Assembly (NCBI GenBank): GCA_001774685.1
Contig: MFAS01000001.1
Span: forward strand, 9,268 to 73,267
Reading direction: 5' to 3'
DNA: 64,000 bases
Source of the DNA: Candidatus Collierbacteria bacterium RIFOXYD2_FULL_45_13
GTDB lineage: Bacteria > Patescibacteriota > Microgenomatia > UBA1400 > MFAQ01
Position numbers and translations under genes: made by a program. Shown here piece after piece: positions 58,367 to 64,000 of this stretch. The notes beneath the pieces are model-generated. The model was given only the letters and a program-made list of their open reading frames with translations. It made no database searches and had not been told where the DNA came from. Positions within the stretch are counted from its first letter, which is position 1; each line of letters opens with the position of its first letter.

Positions 58367-60181
58367 ATGGCGAAAACCAAAAATCCCTTATCCAGCTTAA
58401 AAGAATTTCTCATTACCTACCGCTCCACGGTCAAGCTAGTCTGGCAAATTGATCGGTCTGCCTTTATAAAAATCACTCTAGCCAACGCCGCTTTCGGTGC
58501 CTTAGTTTATCCGTCACTTCTCGTTAGTAAAATGCTCATTGACGCGGTTATTCAATCGCTCACCACACAAGAGATATCCAATGGACTAAGGATCATGATC
58601 ATTGCTTCTATTGGAGGTTTGGTCATCGACCGTATTCAGCAAGTTCTTCAGGAAGTGGACCGTATTTTAAGTCGGTTACTTTCTGATTCCCTCCAAGAAA
58701 AAATTCAAGTTGGAATTGCCAGAAAGCTTAATCTACTCCCAGTGGTTCAAGCGGAGTCGCCAACGGTCAGAGACCTTCAACAGAAAGTTTTGGATAGTTC
58801 TGGTCGTTCGATATGGTACCTAGTCAACCCTATTTCTACTTTTCCTGAAATCGTTTTTACCATAATCTCATCTGCCATTCCTATTTTTTCTTTTCAGCCT
58901 TTAATCATCATCCCTTGTATTCTGCTGGCACTCCCAAATATCCTTATCGGTATCAAAACTTCTAAAGCGTGGCACGACCTTTCCACTGAGTACTCACCTA
59001 AATGGAGAGTTTATCGTGCCCTTGAAGATTTCGGGACTAAAGGTCGTTACTTATATGAGAACAAAGTATTGGGCCATGTAGAAATACTACTGGGCAGACG
59101 ATTCAAAATGGCCCAGGAATACTTCAATCTCTCACGTGATCTAGATAGCAAGTATTCTGTCCAAAGACAGTTTGCTACGGTTCCTCTCTCAATCTTTCAA
59201 ACAGGTACGAAACTTTACCTATACTATCTAGCCATTATCCAAACCTTATCGTTGGGTACCGCCCAGATAACCAGCTCAGGCATAGATCGGTTTATTGGCA
59301 ATATTGGACGTTTGATCAGACAAGCCAATGATATATTCCAAAACTATCTCTTTATTTCAGACTATGAAAAATTCATGGCTCTTCCAGAAGAAGATCAGCT
59401 TTCAGGGGTAGAGATTCCCAGCACGCTTCATGAGGGCATTGAGTTCAAAAATGCTTGGTTCAAATACGACCACTCACCTAGTTGGATTCTCAAAGGTGTC
59501 TCTTTCAAGATTGATCCGACGGACAACATCGCCATAGTCGGTGAGAATGGCGCCGGGAAGACAACATTAATCAAATTGATCTGTCGATTTTACGAACCTC
59601 AAAAAGGCGAGATTTTATTGAATGGTCAAAACATCAAAGTTTTCAATATCAAAAATTACCGTCATCACCTCTCCGCTCTTTTCCAAGATTTTGCTCAATA
59701 CCCCTTTTCGGTCGAAGACAATATAAGGTTTGGCGACGTCGACAAAAAGAGAACCCGCATCGGGATCAAAAAGGCCGCCAAGCTTACCGGAATCATCAAC
59801 TTCGTGCAATCCCTACCCTTAGGCTTCAAAAACCCTTTAGATAAAGAATTTGCTGGTGGAGTAGAGCCATCAAAAGGTCTGTGGCAAAGAGTTGCCTTAG
59901 CCAGGATCCTTTATCGTGAAGCGTACATTCTTATCCTTGACGAGCCCACCTCCAATGTGGACCCCGAATCAGAAGAACAGATCTTCGCTGACGTTTTACG
60001 CGTTGCAAAAAAGAAAATGGTTATCTTGGTCTCGCATCGCTTCAGCACCGTTAGAAAAGCTGACAAAATATTGGTTCTGGAAAAAGGTCAGGCTGTTGAA
60101 TACGGTAGTCACGAAGAACTGATGAAAAAGGCCGGCCGCTACAAAGAATTATTCTCCATCCAGGCCCAAAGCTACCAATAG
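58367..60181 (+). CDS. ABC exporter, fused permease and ATPase (MsbA-like half transporter) with a degenerate signature motif
   Basis: 6-TM N-terminal half. Walker A GENGAGKTT, Walker B ILILDEPTS and H-loop VSHRF. The LSGGQ signature is replaced by FAGGVEPSKGLWQR. Confidence 0.8.
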   Translation: MAKTKNPLSSLKEFLITYRSTVKLVWQIDRSAFIKITLANAAFGALVYPSLLVSKMLIDAVIQSLTTQEISNGLRIMIIASIGGLVIDRIQQVLQEVDRILSRLLSDSLQEKIQVGIARKLNLLPVVQAESPTVRDLQQKVLDSSGRSIWYLVNPISTFPEIVFTIISSAIPIFSFQPLIIIPCILLALPNILIGIKTSKAWHDLSTEYSPKWRVYRALEDFGTKGRYLYENKVLGHVEILLGRRFKMAQEYFNLSRDLDSKYSVQRQFATVPLSIFQTGTKLYLYYLAIIQTLSLGTAQITSSGIDRFIGNIGRLIRQANDIFQNYLFISDYEKFMALPEEDQLSGVEIPSTLHEGIEFKNAWFKYDHSPSWILKGVSFKIDPTDNIAIVGENGAGKTTLIKLICRFYEPQKGEILLNGQNIKVFNIKNYRHHLSALFQDFAQYPFSVEDNIRFGDVDKKRTRIGIKKAAKLTGIINFVQSLPLGFKNPLDKEFAGGVEPSKGLWQRVALARILYREAYILILDEPTSNVDPESEEQIFADVLRVAKKKMVILVSHRFSTVRKADKILVLEKGQAVEYGSHEELMKKAGRYKELFSIQAQSYQ

Positions 60182-60679
60182 TTCGTCCGCCGCCTCTTCG
60201 ATAGTTTCCTCCATCTCTTCGGCTTCTTCTTTCCCAAATTTTCCCAGCACATAATCCGCCCCGGACACCACTCGACCTAGTTCGCCGCGATTGTCTATTC
60301 CAAGCCTCACTCTCAAGAAGTTCTTGTCCGGCACGCTTGTTTCCACCGAGCTGACACCATTGTGTACCTTTGGGCCTATTCCGGTTTGAATTTTATACTC
60401 GCCTAACTTCAAATCTAGATCGTCATGAACCAATATCAAGTCGTTTGCGGAAAGTTTGTAAAAATCCATTACCTTTCTCACCGCTCTTCCGGACTCGTTC
60501 ATAAACGTTTGCGGTTTGATAAAGAGAACATCCTTATCCCTATAGATTAAGGACTCAAACTTACTTTCCGGTGAAAACCTGGCTCCTCCCGTGAACTGAT
60601 CTATAAACACAAAACCAGCATTATGTCGTGTATTTAGATACTCGTTCCCCGGATTCCCTAACCCTACAATTAGTTTCAT
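60149..60679 (-). CDS. pth: Peptidyl-tRNA hydrolase
   Basis: LIVGLGNPG...RHNAGF motifs. Confidence 0.9.
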   Translation of the reverse strand: MKLIVGLGNPGNEYLNTRHNAGFVFIDQFTGGARFSPESKFESLIYRDKDVLFIKPQTFMNESGRAVRKVMDFYKLSANDLILVHDDLDLKLGEYKIQTGIGPKVHNGVSSVETSVPDKNFLRVRLGIDNRGELGRVVSGADYVLGKFGKEEAEEMEETIEEAADELLVALGLDGE

Positions 60680-60713
60680 TTATGTACCAATTTTATCCTT
60701 TATAATCCTTTTT

Positions 60714-61277
60714 GTGAAAGGCTTTCTTCTTCTCATACTGATATTAACCATCTTACTGTATCTTCCTCTAAATCGGCAAAAACCCAAATACCGGCTAAAC
60801 CTACGGTTGGACGACCGGATACCATTAGTTTCCTGGACCGTCTGGGTCTATGTCGCCTACTATCTCTTAATCCCTATATCGGTTATTTTGACTTGGAACT
60901 CCATATACGCGACCCCTCTCCTGATCACCCAAATTATTGCTACCGCTTTTGCTTCCACAATCTGGAGGATCTTCCCCAACGGAGTCATCCGCCCAACGAT
61001 CAGACAACACTCGAGCCGTAGCCTCAGGTTATTGAGTTTAATATACCACCATGACCGTGACTGCAACGGTTTACCCAGCGGCCACGTGTTGCACTCCTTT
61101 ATCTCCTGTTTCTATTTGGCTCAGTTATATCCACAGGTCTGGATTGTTTGTTATTTACTTCTCATGGCAATTAGTTTCTCAACCTTGACCACCAAACAGC
61201 ACTACCTCCTCGACATGATCGCCACTTTGATCATTGCACCTTTTATTATCGAGCTATCCTCTATAATCCACTTATGA
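60714..61277 (+). CDS. PAP2-like membrane phosphatase
   Basis: PSGH motif (GLPSGHVLHS) and HYLLD. Confidence 0.45.
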   Translation: MKGFLLLILILTILLYLPLNRQKPKYRLNLRLDDRIPLVSWTVWVYVAYYLLIPISVILTWNSIYATPLLITQIIATAFASTIWRIFPNGVIRPTIRQHSSRSLRLLSLIYHHDRDCNGLPSGHVLHSFISCFYLAQLYPQVWIVCYLLLMAISFSTLTTKQHYLLDMIATLIIAPFIIELSSIIHL

Positions 61278-62146
61278 TTGTTACCAGCAAACCCTTTTTT
61301 TCCGTAATCATCCCGGCGCTCAACGAAGAAAAATACCTTCCTCTCTTACTCGCTGATTTAGCCAAGCAAACCACCCACGATTATGAGGTAATCGTTATTG
61401 ATGGTGTCTCTAAAGACAGAACTGTTGAAAAGGCCAAGTCATTTAAGAACAAACTTCCTCTACTCACCATCCTCTCTTCAAGTGTTCGGAACGTTTCCGT
61501 ACAGCGAAACATGGGTGCCAAGCAGGCCACAGGAAAATATCTTTTGTTTAACGACGCCGACAACAGACTTCCGGAATACTTCCTCGAAGGTCTCAAATAT
61601 CAGCTTCACGTCAAGCCACTGGATCTTTTCACTTGCTGGTTCAACCCTGACTCCACTACTGCTTCCGACAAAGCTGTGGCCAGTTATATGAACATCATTG
61701 TCGAAACCGCCTCGCTACTCAATCAGCCGGCAGCCTATGGAGCTCTGATAGGTTGTCGAAAAAGTATCTTCAAAAATATCGGTGGCTTCAACCGTGAGGT
61801 GGGCTTCGCAGAAGATACCGAATTCGTAAATCGAGGTCACCACAAAGGTTATACCTTTGACATAATTCGCGAACCGCGGTATATATATTCCTTTCGTCGC
61901 TTTAGAAAGATGGGTAAGTTGAAAATGCTTCAAAAATACGCTGTTCTGAACCTTAAGTTTCTCACTAATCAAAAGGTGAATCAGAAAAAAGAATACCCCA
62001 TGGGTGGCGGATATCTCGAAGAGGAGACCAGAATCACACCAGGCCTTACAAAACTAATTCGGTTAGCTTTTAAGAAGAAGGGGAAAAAAACCAAAATCAC
62101 CGACCGCATTCGCGCACTTCTGAGTCTTGAAGAAAACCAGCCCTAA
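61274..62146 (+). CDS. Family 2 glycosyltransferase
   Basis: FSVIIPALNEE...VIVIDGVSKD and the DAD motif (FNDADN). It overlaps the PAP2-like gene by 4 nt. Confidence 0.75.
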   Translation: MIVTSKPFFSVIIPALNEEKYLPLLLADLAKQTTHDYEVIVIDGVSKDRTVEKAKSFKNKLPLLTILSSSVRNVSVQRNMGAKQATGKYLLFNDADNRLPEYFLEGLKYQLHVKPLDLFTCWFNPDSTTASDKAVASYMNIIVETASLLNQPAAYGALIGCRKSIFKNIGGFNREVGFAEDTEFVNRGHHKGYTFDIIREPRYIYSFRRFRKMGKLKMLQKYAVLNLKFLTNQKVNQKKEYPMGGGYLEEETRITPGLTKLIRLAFKKKGKKTKITDRIRALLSLEENQP

Positions 62147-63126
62147 GCCAACATCAGTTGGATTCCCACAAACATCGCATAGACACCCACCAAGACGGCG
62201 CCTTCCCACCTATCCAATTTATGCTTGGTTTTCGTAAACAACCAAAATAGTCCCAAAACGATCAGCAGAAACAGGCCGGAAATACCTCGCTGGAGCGACT
62301 CGACGTAAACAATCGGACTAATTAGAGAAATTATTCCCAGAATTAACGTCGAATTGACCACCACACTACCCAGTACGTTACCCAATATCAACGATATTTC
62401 CCTCTTCTCCGATGCCACTATTGTCAACACCAGCTCCGGCAGGGTGGTCCCCGTGGCTAGAATCACCAGTCCTACCCAAAATGGACTCACCCCCCAAGAA
62501 CTGGAAATCCTGATAACTACATTTATCAGCATCCACGCACATACACCCAATACCCCCAGTCCCACCACCAGCTTGATGGTTTCGACCAATGGTTCCATTC
62601 TGGTTTTTAAACGATGCACTACCGGCTTTCTCCCGGAAAGTTTTAGGTGTTTTAAAGGTGAGTTGCCATTGCGAACCAAATTGTTCACGTATATAAAATA
62701 TAATAAAACCAGCACCAATCCATCAAATCTGGACAATTTTCCATCGGAAATTAAAATAAATGGAAACATGGCGATCCCCATAGTAACCCACAGTTCTTTT
62801 CGTAGGTAGTCACCAATGACCGGAACGGACCCAAACACCAAGGCTGCCCCCCCAATAATCCAGCTCAGGTTGGCCAAGTTGGCTCCAACAATATCTCCCA
62901 AGGCAATTTGTGGTTGCCCACGTAATGCTGCCGCCACACCCACGAACAATTCGGGTAATGAAGTCGAGAATCCCACCAATACCGACGCAAGCATCAGACG
63001 ATTGGTCCGGATATCATGAGCCAGTTTCTCAAATATTCCCACCGTCGCACCCGAAGCAATCACCATTATCAAAATCAGAGTTACTCCATACAAGATATCC
63101 AGAAGCATACCTTCATTTAACCACAA
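62143..63126 (-). CDS. Ca2+/cation antiporter (CaCA family, YrbG-like)
   Basis: Two alpha-repeats (GFSTSLPELFVG and GTTLPELVLT). Confidence 0.75.
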   Translation of the reverse strand: MWLNEGMLLDILYGVTLILIMVIASGATVGIFEKLAHDIRTNRLMLASVLVGFSTSLPELFVGVAAALRGQPQIALGDIVGANLANLSWIIGGAALVFGSVPVIGDYLRKELWVTMGIAMFPFILISDGKLSRFDGLVLVLLYFIYVNNLVRNGNSPLKHLKLSGRKPVVHRLKTRMEPLVETIKLVVGLGVLGVCAWMLINVVIRISSSWGVSPFWVGLVILATGTTLPELVLTIVASEKREISLILGNVLGSVVVNSTLILGIISLISPIVYVESLQRGISGLFLLIVLGLFWLFTKTKHKLDRWEGAVLVGVYAMFVGIQLMLA

Positions 63127-63132
63127 TTCAAT

Positions 63133-63822
63133 TCACTTTTTCCTTCTCTTTCCTACTTCGATCAAAATGGGTACCACAGAAATTGACACAATCATCAGAG
63201 CCACATAGTGGAAGTTTTCTTTTACGAAAGGAAAATTCCCGAAGGCGTAACCGCCGATTAAAAATATTGTTACCCAAGAGATACCGCCAATGATGTTGTA
63301 AAACACAAACTTTCCATAATGCATTTTACTAATTCCGGCAACAAACGGAGCAAAGGTTCTGACAATAGGAACAAATCTGGCAAACACGATCGCCTTACCA
63401 CCATGTCTTTGGTAAAACTCCTCAGCTTGCTCCAAATACTCTTTTTTAAAGAACCTGCTACGTCCATCAAAGATCTTTTTTTCCAGCTTATCACCGATAA
63501 AGTAGTTCACAGAATCCCCAAGTATGGCCGCCGCCACCATCAACAAATAGAGAAATAAAAGGTTGAAAGATCCCATCGCCGCCAAGGCTCCTGCCGCAAA
63601 CAGCAAAGAGTCACCTGGCAAGAAAGGAGTTATCACCAATCCCGTCTCCATAAATATCACCAGAAACAAAATCAGATAAGTCATGGTGCCATACTGGGCA
63701 ATCACCAATACCAAGTTTTTATCAATATGCAAAAAGAAATCCAAAATCATTTGTAAAATCTCCATTCTTCTATTGTATCTTAGGACATTGACAGTTTGGC
63801 AATTTCTTCGACCTCTTTCCAA
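63133..63822 (-). CDS. DedA/SNARE-associated family membrane protein
   Basis: FMETGLVITPFLPGDSLLFAAGALAA ... typical DedA core. Confidence 0.8.
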   Translation of the reverse strand: MERGRRNCQTVNVLRYNRRMEILQMILDFFLHIDKNLVLVIAQYGTMTYLILFLVIFMETGLVITPFLPGDSLLFAAGALAAMGSFNLLFLYLLMVAAAILGDSVNYFIGDKLEKKIFDGRSRFFKKEYLEQAEEFYQRHGGKAIVFARFVPIVRTFAPFVAGISKMHYGKFVFYNIIGGISWVTIFLIGGYAFGNFPFVKENFHYVALMIVSISVVPILIEVGKRRKK

Positions 63823-64000
63823 GTAGTTGCCTGCTTTGGTCCTTTATCTTCCCGAAACTTCACTAGTCTGGGAAATCTCAGGGCCACACCGCCGGCGTGA
63901 TTGGGGCTCTTGGTTATTTCGTCTGCAGCTACCTCTACTACCACTGAAGGCTCCACCCACACGTCCGGCACCAAAGCGCCGGTAACCAAATAATTGCTCG
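63780..64000 (-). CDS. ATP-dependent DNA ligase, C-terminal OB-fold fragment. The gene continues beyond the window end.
   Basis: ...GGVALRFPRLVKFREDKGPKQATTWKEV matches the conserved ligase C-terminus. Confidence 0.5.
   Translation of the reverse strand, partial: SNYLVTGALVPDVWVEPSVVVEVAADEITKSPNHAGGVALRFPRLVKFREDKGPKQATTWKEVEEIAKLSMS

Overview
The window is a dense, mostly minus-strand stretch that looks like a small-genome bacterium of the Candidate Phyla Radiation (Patescibacteria) type. The evidence is about 43-45% GC, a divergent 16S rRNA gene, archaeal/eukaryal-type GlyRS and AspRS, a peptidoglycan gene set with little biosynthesis, and many short overlapping genes. Recognisable content includes a 16S rRNA plus tRNA-Ile(GAU) on the minus strand with no 23S rRNA nearby. 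There are eight aminoacyl-tRNA synthetases: leuS, aspS, glyS, hisS, tyrS, thrS, lysS and argS. Two have T-box leaders upstream of minus-strand genes. The argS leader is a strong T-box match. A T-box-like element also sits between tyrS and a GC-rich GNAT-like/PLP-decarboxylase pair. A peptidoglycan block carries murA, murB, ddl and a membrane-anchored murF, with C39-like cysteine peptidase paralogs nearby. Other genes include mnmA, dus, pth, trxA/trxB, a CsoR-like regulator and a histidine kinase/CheY-like/metallophosphoesterase operon. The most unusual items follow. First, a predicted peptide-modification cluster of three RimK-like ATP-grasp ligases, one fused to a retropepsin-like peptidase, plus a 7TM protein. 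Second, an almost identical 82-nt hairpin-containing element present three times just upstream of minus-strand genes. Third, a family of 8-nt tandem repeats (TTTTGAGT-like) inserted in frame into several housekeeping genes. Fourth, tandem LOG-like Rossmann paralogs beside the 16S gene. No CRISPR array, transposase or prophage signature was seen.
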